This document shows positions 19,437 to 27,748 of a stretch of DNA of 58,716 nt, piece by piece. The notes below the pieces were generated by a model. The model was not told where the DNA came from, searched no databases, and was given only the letters and a program-made list of their open reading frames with translations. The position numbers and the translations under genes are program-made. Positions within the stretch are counted from its first letter, which is position 1. The number at the start of each line of letters is the position of its first letter. This DNA comes from Clostridia bacterium (lineage in GTDB: Bacteria; Bacillota; Dehalobacteriia; UBA7702): the NCBI GenBank assembly GCA_051866595.1, contig JBJDXI010000054.1, forward strand, positions 1-58,716, in the 5' to 3' direction.

Positions 19437-20155
19437 CAGAATACCTCATAAATATCATCGGAAAGGACCTCGTCCTTATCCTGCTCGCCCCGGAAAATAC
19501 GGGGGTTGTTTGATTTTTCCGGTGTGTTTTTTTTCTGTTCCCGTTCCGTTTTTTCCAGATCCGCAAGACTTTGGACTCCCCGGTCTTTCCAGGAACGCAG
19601 AATGGCGTCAACATAACGGAAATTATTTTTTCCGATCAAAACGGCACGGCGCAGCCCTTCCTTGATCAATTCGGGAGGAATCGCCAGATTTTTATACCAA
19701 TAGGAGATCTGTTCCCCTTCCATCGGTGAAAGCAGGCGACCCATTTCCTGTTCAAAACAGGAATACAGCTCAGAGAAAGTTTTATCCTCCTTCGCGGTTT
19801 TGGGTTCCTTGCGGATTTTCTGTTCCGCTTTGATTGCCTGCCAGCTGCATACTTCAAGGAATTTTTCCGCCAGACCGTCCAGAAGGATTTCCCCTTCATT
19901 GCCGAGGCTCAAAAATCCCCTGTCGATCAAAACCGGCACAAACTCCATAACTTCTTTTTCGCTGTAAACACTCTCTCTCGCCACAATCCGAAAAGTCAGA
20001 ACCGAACGTTTTTGGCGAAGACGCAGAAGAACGATCAAAAAAAGTGTTTCCTCGGAGGATAACCCCATTTCACGATAGTGGTCCAGAAGTGTATTGGGGA
20101 CGGAGGAATGATCCGTTAATAGATGCGTCAGTGCTTTTTTATTTTCCTCATTCAT
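19436..20155 (-). CDS. DnaD-domain replication initiation / primosome protein
   Basis: 239 aa with an N-terminal winged-helix-like region. The C-terminal DnaD/DnaB_2 repeat is FEQEMGRLLSPMEGEQISYWY ... ELIKEGLRRAVLIGKNNFRYVDAILRSW. It shares 1 nt with the loader gene start. Confidence 0.8.
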   Translation of the reverse strand: MNEENKKALTHLLTDHSSVPNTLLDHYREMGLSSEETLFLIVLLRLRQKRSVLTFRIVARESVYSEKEVMEFVPVLIDRGFLSLGNEGEILLDGLAEKFLEVCSWQAIKAEQKIRKEPKTAKEDKTFSELYSCFEQEMGRLLSPMEGEQISYWYKNLAIPPELIKEGLRRAVLIGKNNFRYVDAILRSWKDRGVQSLADLEKTEREQKKNTPEKSNNPRIFRGEQDKDEVLSDDIYEVF

Positions 20156-20164
20156 AATAAACCT

Positions 20165-21613
20165 CTATTTTCTCCAGAACGCGGGAACAAAAACAATGAG
20201 AACCGTATAGATTTCCAATCTTCCCAAAAGCATCAAAACGCTTAATACCACTTTACCGAAATCAGAAACTATCGCGTAATTGCCGACGGGGCCAAAAGCA
20301 CCCATGGCGACACCGTTATTGGAGATCGCCGCCATCGCACCGGTCAGCGACTCAACAAAAGGCAGACCGGTAAAGGCTAAAAGAACGGCGCCCAAAAAAG
20401 CAATCACAAAAAACAGCGCGATGAATTGAAGAACCTTCATCACCGTTTTATCCGGTACGGCTTTTCCGTTGATGCGGATTTCTGTCAGGGCACGGGGATG
20501 GAGCATACGGAAGAATTGTGATTTCAGACTCTTACAAGCCAAAAGATACGTGCCAATCTTCAACGATCCCGACGTCGAAGAGTACGACGCCCCGATCATC
20601 ATCAGACAGACCATGATCATATAGGAGCCGACGGGCCACAGGTTAAAGTCTCGGGTAGACAAACCGCAGGTCGTCAATTGGGAAATAACCTGAAAAGCTG
20701 ACATACGCACGACATTACCGAAACTCCCGTAGGAATTGATCATCAAATCAACGGTAATGATGCCGGTAACGATAAGCGTAAAAATCAGATATACGCGGAA
20801 TTCCTCGTTGCGCAGCATTGTTTTCGGCGAGCGGGTCATCAGCGTTTTGCAGATCAGCGGAAAACTGATCCCGCCGATAAACATGAATATGGTTAATACC
20901 CATTCAATGTATGGGCTGTCAAAAGCTGCCGCACTTAAATTCCGGGAGGAGAAACCTCCCGTGGAAATGCTGGTAAAAGCGTGACATACCGCATCCGTCA
21001 GATTCATACCGCCCAACAGAAGCAAAACAATCAGGATCGCTGTTAATGCCGTATAAACTAGCCAGAGAAAAATAGCGGTGTCCTGAATTTTCGATGAAAT
21101 CTTTTCATTGAAAGGACCGGAAAGTTCCGCCCGGAGCATGGTCAGACCGCCGGTATCCACTTGGGAAAGAAGGGCCACAAACAAAACAACAACACCCAGA
21201 CCGCCGAGCCATTGAGTCAGACACCGCCATACGAGCAAAGAATCGGGAACGGCTTCCACATTGGAAAGCGCCGTAGCTCCCGTCGTTGTAAAACCGGACA
21301 TCGTTTCAAAGAAAGCTGAAAAATAATCGGAAAAAACTCCGCTGAACATAAATGGCAGCGCACCGATGAGTGAAACGACAATCCAGCTTAATGTAACAAT
21401 AAGGAAGCCTTCTTTGGCCCGGATATTGTTGTGCTTTTTCGTGGGAAAGATCAGTCCGAGACCGATCAGAACATAGATTATCATCGTTAAAAACAAAGAC
21501 AAAAACTCCCCGTCAGTTTGAACAAGGGACCAGATCAGCGGAAGTATCATGGATACCGCCACGATCAATAAAATTTTGCCTAATGAATTCAAAACACATT
21601 TCAAATGGATCAT
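20165..21613 (-). CDS. trkH: Trk/Ktr-type potassium uptake membrane subunit
   Basis: 482 aa and polytopic, with repeated selectivity-filter-like motifs (SGFTTTGAT, ISTGGFS, LTTCGLS, ISNNGVA). Confidence 0.9.
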   Translation of the reverse strand: MIHLKCVLNSLGKILLIVAVSMILPLIWSLVQTDGEFLSLFLTMIIYVLIGLGLIFPTKKHNNIRAKEGFLIVTLSWIVVSLIGALPFMFSGVFSDYFSAFFETMSGFTTTGATALSNVEAVPDSLLVWRCLTQWLGGLGVVVLFVALLSQVDTGGLTMLRAELSGPFNEKISSKIQDTAIFLWLVYTALTAILIVLLLLGGMNLTDAVCHAFTSISTGGFSSRNLSAAAFDSPYIEWVLTIFMFIGGISFPLICKTLMTRSPKTMLRNEEFRVYLIFTLIVTGIITVDLMINSYGSFGNVVRMSAFQVISQLTTCGLSTRDFNLWPVGSYMIMVCLMMIGASYSSTSGSLKIGTYLLACKSLKSQFFRMLHPRALTEIRINGKAVPDKTVMKVLQFIALFFVIAFLGAVLLAFTGLPFVESLTGAMAAISNNGVAMGAFGPVGNYAIVSDFGKVVLSVLMLLGRLEIYTVLIVFVPAFWRK

Positions 21614-22959
21614 AGCCGATGATTCTCTTCAAAAAATTTTTCTACGCGCTTACTGCTCTTGGGCAATGTAATGACGAGTAACTTATCTCCCGGCAGAATT
21701 ACGTCGTTCCCCCGGGGAATAATAACATCTTTTCCGCGGACAATCGTCCCTAAAATGGCGTTACTGGGGAAATCCAGTTTCATCAGCGGAACATTTAGAA
21801 TTTCCGAATGTTCCGGCGCCATAATTTCCACCACATGAGCGTCGGTATCACCGATGAGATTTAACGAAAGTACGTTGCTGTTGTGGAAAAAGCGCAGGAT
21901 GCTTCCGGCCGCCAGAATCCGGGGACTGAAGCTCTGATCAATACCGATACTGTCGGCAACAGGCATATAGTCGGACATTTTCAGCTGAACCACCGTGCGG
22001 TCCGCCCCCAGCTCTTTCGCGATGATGGCGCTTAAAATATTAAAGTTATCTTCATCGGTTACCGCGATAAAAGCGTCGGTATCCTCGATATTCTCGTCTT
22101 TCAGCAGCTGAATGTCACTGGCGTTTCCGTGAATGATCAAAGCGTCGTTCAGCGTTTCCGAAAGCTGTTTACATTTATCAAAATCTTCCTCAAAGATTTT
22201 GATGTGAATCCCTCTTTTTTCCAGTTCCGCGGCGAGATAGTAGCTGATGGTATCACCGCCGGCGATAATCACGTTTTTCACTTTTTTCCGGTCCTGGCCG
22301 AAGTCTTCTTCCACTTCGGGAATATACTGCACCGGCGTAAAAAGGAACAGACGGTCGCCTTCCTTGATCATCTCATTCCCATTGGGAATGATCATTTCTC
22401 CTTTTCGGATAATGCCGACAATGAGATAATGATAATCCGTTTTGATTTCCCGCAGAAGCTTTCCGTTCACCGAGGTTGCCGCGGTGATTTTGAATTCCAT
22501 CAGCAAAACCCGGCCTTCATTGTAGAAGTCAACGTTTACGGCATCGGGATAATCCAGCATCTTGCAGATCTGGGCGGCGGCAATTCGCTCGGGATTGATC
22601 ATCAGATCAATGCCCAAAGCTTTCTTAACCGTTTCCGCGTCCAGATTGGCAAATTCGGGACTGCGTACCCGGGCAATGGCGTAATGAACGCCATAGGATT
22701 TGGCGATAAAACAGGAAACCAGATTCAGCTCGTCCCGTTCCGTAACGGCCAGAAGCATATCCGCGTCGGCCACACCGGCAGCGGCCAATACCTCCGTTGA
22801 GGTACAGCTGCCCAGAACAGAATTGACATCGAGACGTTCTTCCACCGTTTCAATACGGGCGGGATTGCGGTCGATGACGGTAACATCATGATCTTCATTG
22901 GATAACATATGCGCCAGGACAAAACCGACTTTGCCGGCGCCCACAATAACAATTTTCAT
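21610..22959 (-). CDS. trkA: Trk system NAD-binding regulatory subunit (tandem RCK)
   Basis: 449 aa with two Rossmann motifs (IVGAGKVG and IIAGGDTISYY), each followed by a TrkA_C domain. There is a 4-nt overlap with trkH. Confidence 0.92.
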   Translation of the reverse strand: MKIVIVGAGKVGFVLAHMLSNEDHDVTVIDRNPARIETVEERLDVNSVLGSCTSTEVLAAAGVADADMLLAVTERDELNLVSCFIAKSYGVHYAIARVRSPEFANLDAETVKKALGIDLMINPERIAAAQICKMLDYPDAVNVDFYNEGRVLLMEFKITAATSVNGKLLREIKTDYHYLIVGIIRKGEMIIPNGNEMIKEGDRLFLFTPVQYIPEVEEDFGQDRKKVKNVIIAGGDTISYYLAAELEKRGIHIKIFEEDFDKCKQLSETLNDALIIHGNASDIQLLKDENIEDTDAFIAVTDEDNFNILSAIIAKELGADRTVVQLKMSDYMPVADSIGIDQSFSPRILAAGSILRFFHNSNVLSLNLIGDTDAHVVEIMAPEHSEILNVPLMKLDFPSNAILGTIVRGKDVIIPRGNDVILPGDKLLVITLPKSSKRVEKFFEENHRL

Positions 22960-22965
22960 TTTTCT

Positions 22966-24138
22966 TTACTTCAGATTGTTCACAAAGTCTTCGATACGGT
23001 TAAACGCTTCCACAATGTGTTTCATGGACGTCGCGTAAGAACAGCGGATAAAGCCTTCTCCGCATTCGCCGAAAGCCGTACCGGGAACAACCGCTACATT
23101 TTTTTCCTGTAAAAGTCTGGTAGCAAATTCGTCACTGGTCATACCGAATTTTTTAATGGACGGAAAAACATAAAAGGCACCCTGTGGTGTGACCATGTCA
23201 ATGCCGATGTTTTTCATGCGTTCCACAATATACCGGCGGCGGTGATCATATTCTGCCCGCATCTTGTCGATTTCTTTCCGTCCGTTCCGGAAAGCCTCAA
23301 TGGCGGCTTTCTGCCCCATAATCGGCGCGCAGAGAATCGTATACTGATGAATTTTAATCATCTGTTCAATAAAATCCTTATGACAGCAGATATAACCGAT
23401 CCGCCAACCTGTCATGGCAAAGGCCTTGGATAAACCGCTCACAACGATGGTACGGTCTTTCATTCCGGGAATGGCCGCCACGGAAACCGGCTCTTTTTCA
23501 TAGGAAAGCTCACAATAAATCTCATCGCTGATGACAATCAGATCATGTTTCTGAGCTACTTCCGCCAAAGCTGTAAGCTCATCATAATCCATTGCCGCAC
23601 CGGTAGGATTATTGGGGAAGCTTAAAATCAGCACTTTGCTTCTGGGGGTGATATGTTTTTCAATATCCTCCGACGTCAGACGGAATTCGTTTTCTTCCGA
23701 AGTGGGTACCGATACGGGAACACCGTGAGACATCAGAGTACAGGCCTGATACGAAACGTAGCAGGGTTCCGGAATCAATACTTCATCACCGGGAGACAAA
23801 ACCGTGCGTAAAGCCATGTCAATGGCTTCACTGGCACCGACGGTCACGATCACATCGGTTGTTTCATCGTAGCGGACGCCAAAACGCTCATCCATATATT
23901 TCACAATCTCATGGCGCAGCTCCGGCAAACCGTAATTGGAGGTATACATCGTATAACCTTTTTCCAATGAATAGACACAGGCTTCCCGGATGGTCCAGGG
24001 AGAGACGAAATCCGGTTCCCCAACACCTAAGGAGATAATATCTTTGGATCCCGCACACAAATCAAAAAACTTACGGATCCCCGAGGGCTGTACCGCTTTG
24101 ATGCTGTCGTTGATATATTTACCGGGTTCAAATGTCAT
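22966..24138 (-). CDS. class I/II PLP-dependent aminotransferase (AlaT/YugH- or AspC-like)
   Basis: 390 aa with NNPTG, the PLP-lysine context SGLSKAFAMTGWRIGY and an N-terminal SGIRKF motif. There is a 4-nt overlap with the upstream Lrp-type gene, the same arrangement as alaR-alaT in Bacillus subtilis. Confidence 0.85.
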   Translation of the reverse strand: MTFEPGKYINDSIKAVQPSGIRKFFDLCAGSKDIISLGVGEPDFVSPWTIREACVYSLEKGYTMYTSNYGLPELRHEIVKYMDERFGVRYDETTDVIVTVGASEAIDMALRTVLSPGDEVLIPEPCYVSYQACTLMSHGVPVSVPTSEENEFRLTSEDIEKHITPRSKVLILSFPNNPTGAAMDYDELTALAEVAQKHDLIVISDEIYCELSYEKEPVSVAAIPGMKDRTIVVSGLSKAFAMTGWRIGYICCHKDFIEQMIKIHQYTILCAPIMGQKAAIEAFRNGRKEIDKMRAEYDHRRRYIVERMKNIGIDMVTPQGAFYVFPSIKKFGMTSDEFATRLLQEKNVAVVPGTAFGECGEGFIRCSYATSMKHIVEAFNRIEDFVNNLK

Positions 24139-24635
24139 AACGTCACCACCTGTCGATTATCAATATCCTCATCACCGTACATCACTTCGTTTTCCTTGTA
24201 CTTCTTCAGGATAAAATTGGTCCAGGTACTTTTCACGCCATCGATAGTCGCGAGTTTGCCGGAAACAAAATTGGAAACGCCCATCATCGTCGGTGCTTCC
24301 ACCATAACAGCAAAATCAAACTTCCCGGATACGAGCATCATGGACTTGACTTCGGGAAAACGGCAGATTCGTCTGGCAATATCATCAAAACCCACTTCTC
24401 TCTGGGGCTGAACCTGCACGTCGATGCGGGCATATACAGTGGATTCCGCGTTGATTTTTTCCCAGTCCACCACTGTCGTATATTTCAGAATAATGCGATC
24501 GTCTTCCAGTTCCTGTATAATACGGTCCACCGTTTCACGATCGGTACCAACCATGGCGGCAAGGGTATCCCTGTCAATGGTGGAATCTTCTACGAGAATA
24601 TTTAAAATACCGATTTTAAGATCTTTCATTTTCAT
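24135..24635 (-). CDS. Lrp/AsnC-family transcriptional regulator
   Basis: HTH region (ILNILVEDSTIDRDTLAAMVGTDRETVDRIIQELEDDRII) plus a C-terminal RAM/AsnC_trans_reg fold. Start set at ATG 24635 with GAAAGGAA 6 nt upstream. The longer track ORF starting at 24749 has no support. Confidence 0.85.
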   Translation of the reverse strand: MKMKDLKIGILNILVEDSTIDRDTLAAMVGTDRETVDRIIQELEDDRIILKYTTVVDWEKINAESTVYARIDVQVQPQREVGFDDIARRICRFPEVKSMMLVSGKFDFAVMVEAPTMMGVSNFVSGKLATIDGVKSTWTNFILKKYKENEVMYGDEDIDNRQVVTL

Positions 24636-26148
24636 CACAATTCCTTTCTTTCCATTTACTGTACGTATCTTTTCCTGTGAAATAGTTCTGTAATTCCGAT
24701 GTTCCATACAGACTGCAGCTGGGAGGATCCACCTTTGCCCGCAGAACATCTGTTTTATTCTGCACCTTTAAACGATTGTATGCCGTCACATAGATGCACC
24801 GCTTTTTGTTGGGATAAAGCTCACAGTATCCGTTGCGGCTGCCCCCGCAGGGACCGTTCCGCTGTTCCTTCGGACACTGGGTCATCGGACAGATCAAATC
24901 GGTAAAAGGTAGTGCGCAGTCGCCGCAGTCCCGGCAGTGAAGAATTCCCGCCCGCAATGATTTTTCAAGATTGCGGTATTTTCCTCCCTTTGCCGACCTG
25001 CGGCCGAATGCGGAAGCCGATTTCGCGAGGAAGCCTTTTTTCTCAAAGACGCTTTCGTGCATTTTCCGAAGGATTTTATATTTCAAAGAAAGACGATCTT
25101 CCACCGGCAATGAGGATAGATCATTTTTTTCTCCGGTGTTCAGTCCATTTGTGTCGTCACGATGGAAATAATAAAAAGCGCCGTCATCAAAACCTTCAAA
25201 TTCCACAAGAAGCGATTCCCAGCGATCCGCGTATTCACTGCCTCGGCAGATAATATAATCGACATCTTCCCTGTTGAGATCTTCGCCACCGATATGAACA
25301 CCGTCGTATCCCAACCCCTTCATGATACCGAACATTTTTGCCGCCCGCAGCAAGCCGCTTTCTTTTTCATTTCCCTCTTCACTCATGATACGGCGATATA
25401 ATTCTTCCGGAATGGTGCATCCGGTAAAACGGTGCAGGTGAATCAGTTCCGCCAGCTTTTTATCAAGAACAAAGATATTGCCGACCAAAGGAATTTTCGG
25501 ATTGACGGAGCGGCAAACTTTAAGGAGCTCATCAAATTTGCGCATATCATAGCCAACCTGAGAGATGACAAATCCCGTGCCAGCCGCCATTTTCTTTTCC
25601 AGCTTGATGTATTCGGTAATAATTTCCGCTTCCACGTTTTTAAAGGGCGTTACCACACAACCGGCAAAGAAATCCGTTTTCTTCAACGTATGACCTTTCG
25701 GCAGCGTCATTCCATGGTTCATGGCGGTAATCAATTCCAACGTATGCACCGGATCAAGATCAAAAACAGGCTTACCATTTCCGCTGAAATATCCTTTTTT
25801 GGGGAAGTCTCCCGTCATGATCAGGAGGTTATTCAGTTCGGAGCGGGCATAGCCGTAAAGCTCACTTTCAATATGAAGGCGGTTTTTATCTTTCAGCGTA
25901 TAGTGAATCATCGGTTCCGCGCCGTATTTTTTCATTTCCAACGCCATAAACGCCGGATCGATTCCGGGCCGTCCTCCGGGGGAATCGGTAATGGAGACAG
26001 CGGAAATACGATCGTCGTTTCCAACCCATTTTCCGGTTTCGACGGCGCGTTCCTGTGCTTTTTCAAAACTGCCCCGTCCGGCGACGATCTCAAGAGAAAC
26101 CGTGAACTCATCCTTATTCAAAAGACTTTTTCGAAATCCGTTCTCCAT
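24616..26148 (-). CDS. fused methylenetetrahydrofolate reductase-like (MTHFR, PF02219) and MetV-like Cys-rich C-terminal domain protein
   Basis: The N-terminal ~300 aa show an MTHFR TIM-barrel pattern (FTVSLEIV..., SVTDSPGG, HYTLKDKN, LLIMTGD). The C-terminal part is CRDCGDCALPFTDLICPMTQCPKEQRNGPCGGSRNGYCE, the MTHFR_C/MetV-type zinc-ribbon signature. ATG 26148 has GGAAAG 5 nt upstream, and a TGtTATAAT extended -10 lies about 40 nt further upstream. Confidence 0.8.
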   Translation of the reverse strand: MENGFRKSLLNKDEFTVSLEIVAGRGSFEKAQERAVETGKWVGNDDRISAVSITDSPGGRPGIDPAFMALEMKKYGAEPMIHYTLKDKNRLHIESELYGYARSELNNLLIMTGDFPKKGYFSGNGKPVFDLDPVHTLELITAMNHGMTLPKGHTLKKTDFFAGCVVTPFKNVEAEIITEYIKLEKKMAAGTGFVISQVGYDMRKFDELLKVCRSVNPKIPLVGNIFVLDKKLAELIHLHRFTGCTIPEELYRRIMSEEGNEKESGLLRAAKMFGIMKGLGYDGVHIGGEDLNREDVDYIICRGSEYADRWESLLVEFEGFDDGAFYYFHRDDTNGLNTGEKNDLSSLPVEDRLSLKYKILRKMHESVFEKKGFLAKSASAFGRRSAKGGKYRNLEKSLRAGILHCRDCGDCALPFTDLICPMTQCPKEQRNGPCGGSRNGYCELYPNKKRCIYVTAYNRLKVQNKTDVLRAKVDPPSCSLYGTSELQNYFTGKDTYSKWKERNCDENERS

Positions 26149-26265
26149 CAAAGCTTTCCGACTCCATTTAAAAAGTTAATTTTTATTATAACATAAGACC
26201 GTAAAAAAAACCACTTTATATTCTTTTTTTGTATCACCATTAAAAAGATAAAACACCACTGTTTC

Positions 26266-26306
26266 CAAGAAAAAGAAAGAAGAAACACCTTCGCATTTCT
26301 TCTTTC
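26266..26306 (-). terminator. intrinsic terminator after the 70-aa ORF
   Basis: Perfect 11-bp stem GAAAGAAGAAA / TTTCTTCTTTC with a 10-nt loop, followed on the minus strand by UUUUUCUU. The stop codon lies in the stem. Confidence 0.7.
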
Positions 26307-26517
26307 ACTCATTTTGTGCGGTCTGAGCCGTATCATCGGTCTCATCATCTCCGGACGAATTGGAAAACTCCGTGGCGATCAGGGCAAGCTGATCCCCGAC
26401 AACGGAAAACACCGCCGCCCAAAAAGCAATCTCGTCAATGGTCTTTCCCTGAACAAAGGCGCTTGAAAAATAAGTAACCAACCACAGAAATGTCGTATCA
26501 TAGCATTGTCTATCCAT
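26305..26517 (-). CDS. hypothetical small protein (hydrophobic core, acidic C-terminal tail)
   Basis: 70-aa ORF starting 13 nt after the SLOG gene stop and followed by its own terminator. I do not recognise a family. The sequence is MDRQCYDTTFLWLVTYFSS...FWAAVFSVVGDQLALIATEF followed by SGDDETDDTAQTAQNE. Confidence 0.45.
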   Translation of the reverse strand: MDRQCYDTTFLWLVTYFSSAFVQGKTIDEIAFWAAVFSVVGDQLALIATEFSNSSGDDETDDTAQTAQNE

Positions 26518-26530
26518 GCTCTTTTACCAT

Positions 26531-27022
26531 TTATCCATGACGCCGATATAAATGAACATCGGGAATGAAACGTTGCTGCTCAATATCTATTTTCAAAATC
26601 GGTTTCATCATTTTCGCGGCCCAGAACTCCACCTCATGATCACGACCGAGAAGCAGTACCAGATCGGCAAGATCCATCATCACAATGTTTCGCTGAAAAC
26701 GCATTTCATTCCCGTAAATCGGCCGAAGAATCAATTCCTCATCACATAAGGAAATCATTTGATAAAGAAGCTCCCGTTCGGATTCTTCCCACAGATTCGC
26801 TTCTTCTTCATGGGTAAATACGCCATCCACTTTTAAACCCGGAAAGCCGTCTCTGTTTTTCAGTAACCAATTCAATGAAGACAGTTCTGTCCCGCGGTGA
26901 ACGCCGGAGATAATTTTCCGCACACCGAAATCATGATAAAGTACCGGCAGCTGTTGTTCCAAAAGCAAATGAACCGCCTCTTTCCCACATCCTTTACCCG
27001 CAATCATGGCACAGACTCTCAT
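26531..27022 (-). CDS. SLOG-superfamily DUF1273 / YpsA-like protein
   Basis: 163 aa. It aligns by eye with B. subtilis YpsA: ISGVHRGTELSSLNWLL vs ISGQLGVELWAAEAAY, FPGLKVDGVFTHEEEANLWEE vs YPDLKVAVITPFYEQEKNWKE, and RFQRNIVMMDLADLVLLL vs QFKQKNQFFIDKSDGLLLL. Confidence 0.65.
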   Translation of the reverse strand: MRVCAMIAGKGCGKEAVHLLLEQQLPVLYHDFGVRKIISGVHRGTELSSLNWLLKNRDGFPGLKVDGVFTHEEEANLWEESERELLYQMISLCDEELILRPIYGNEMRFQRNIVMMDLADLVLLLGRDHEVEFWAAKMMKPILKIDIEQQRFIPDVHLYRRHG

Positions 27023-27118
27023 AACTACCTCAAAATATCTCAGAATGCTGATTCTATCTTATGCGAAAAGATCAAAAATAAACCGACGGAGCCAGGCTCT
27101 TGGCTTGGAAATATTTCC

Positions 27119-27676
27119 TTATTTCCAAAAACCGTTTTTTGCGCGATGAAGCCACTGCTCTTTTGTCATAAAGGTAAAATGCTCCACCCTGCGATCGCCG
27201 AGGGGTGACAGTGCTTCCTTATCGGTATGATGATACCGGAAACCGCATTTTTCCTGAACACGTTTGGATTTTTCATTGCCGTCATAATAACCGCACCAGA
27301 CGGCGGAGCACCGGAGCACGGTAAAACAGCGTTCCAGAAGAGCGTTTACGGCTTCGGGAATCAATCCTCTGCCCCAAAAGGGAACGCCGATCCAATAGCC
27401 GATTTCCGCCTCATCCTTGCTCAGCGGCGCGAAACCGGAACCCCGAAACATCAGGCCGACACTTCCCACCGGTTTACCGGTTTCTTTCAAAACAACGGCA
27501 TAGGTCTCCGGCGCGGATAAAACCGTCCGGATAATCTCACGGCTGTATTCTTCATCCCGATGAGGCTCCCATCCGGCGATGGGGCCGACCTGTGGATCTT
27601 TGGCGTAGCGGTACAGATCCGGAGCGTCCGTCTCTTCCCAGGGGCGCAGAATCAATCGTTTTGTTTCAATGAGCAT
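27119..27676 (-). CDS. GNAT-family N-acetyltransferase (RimJ/RimL-like)
   Basis: LIETKRLILRPWEETDAPDLY start typical of the RimJ/L subgroup, with acetyl-CoA motif WGRGLIPEA. Start at ATG 27676 with AGAGGTG 6 nt upstream. Confidence 0.85.
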   Translation of the reverse strand: MLIETKRLILRPWEETDAPDLYRYAKDPQVGPIAGWEPHRDEEYSREIIRTVLSAPETYAVVLKETGKPVGSVGLMFRGSGFAPLSKDEAEIGYWIGVPFWGRGLIPEAVNALLERCFTVLRCSAVWCGYYDGNEKSKRVQEKCGFRYHHTDKEALSPLGDRRVEHFTFMTKEQWLHRAKNGFWK

Positions 27677-27709
27677 AACAGCACCTCTTTCATAAAAACC
27701 AATCCGGTC

Positions 27710-27740
27710 AAAAAACGTCGTATCCCCCAGGGACACAGCG
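27710..27740 (-). terminator. intrinsic terminator after mutS2
   Basis: Minus-strand RNA is CGCUGUGUCCC-ugg-GGGAUACGACG, about 11 bp with one mismatch and wobbles, followed by U6. It begins 9 nt after the mutS2 stop. Confidence 0.6.
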
Positions 27741-27748
27741 TTTCATTT

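Noticed and set aside
24636-24749. 38-codon N-terminal extension of the Lrp-family ORF
   Set aside because: It lies entirely within the 3' end of the upstream gene in another frame. Lrp/AsnC proteins start close to the HTH, and ATG 24635 has a good SD.
26148-26348. 66-aa minus-strand ORF spanning the spacer between the 70-aa gene and the MetF/MetV-like gene
   Set aside because: It runs through a terminator hairpin and the promoter/SD of the downstream gene. It has no SD and a biased, unconvincing composition. It is an intergenic read-through ORF.
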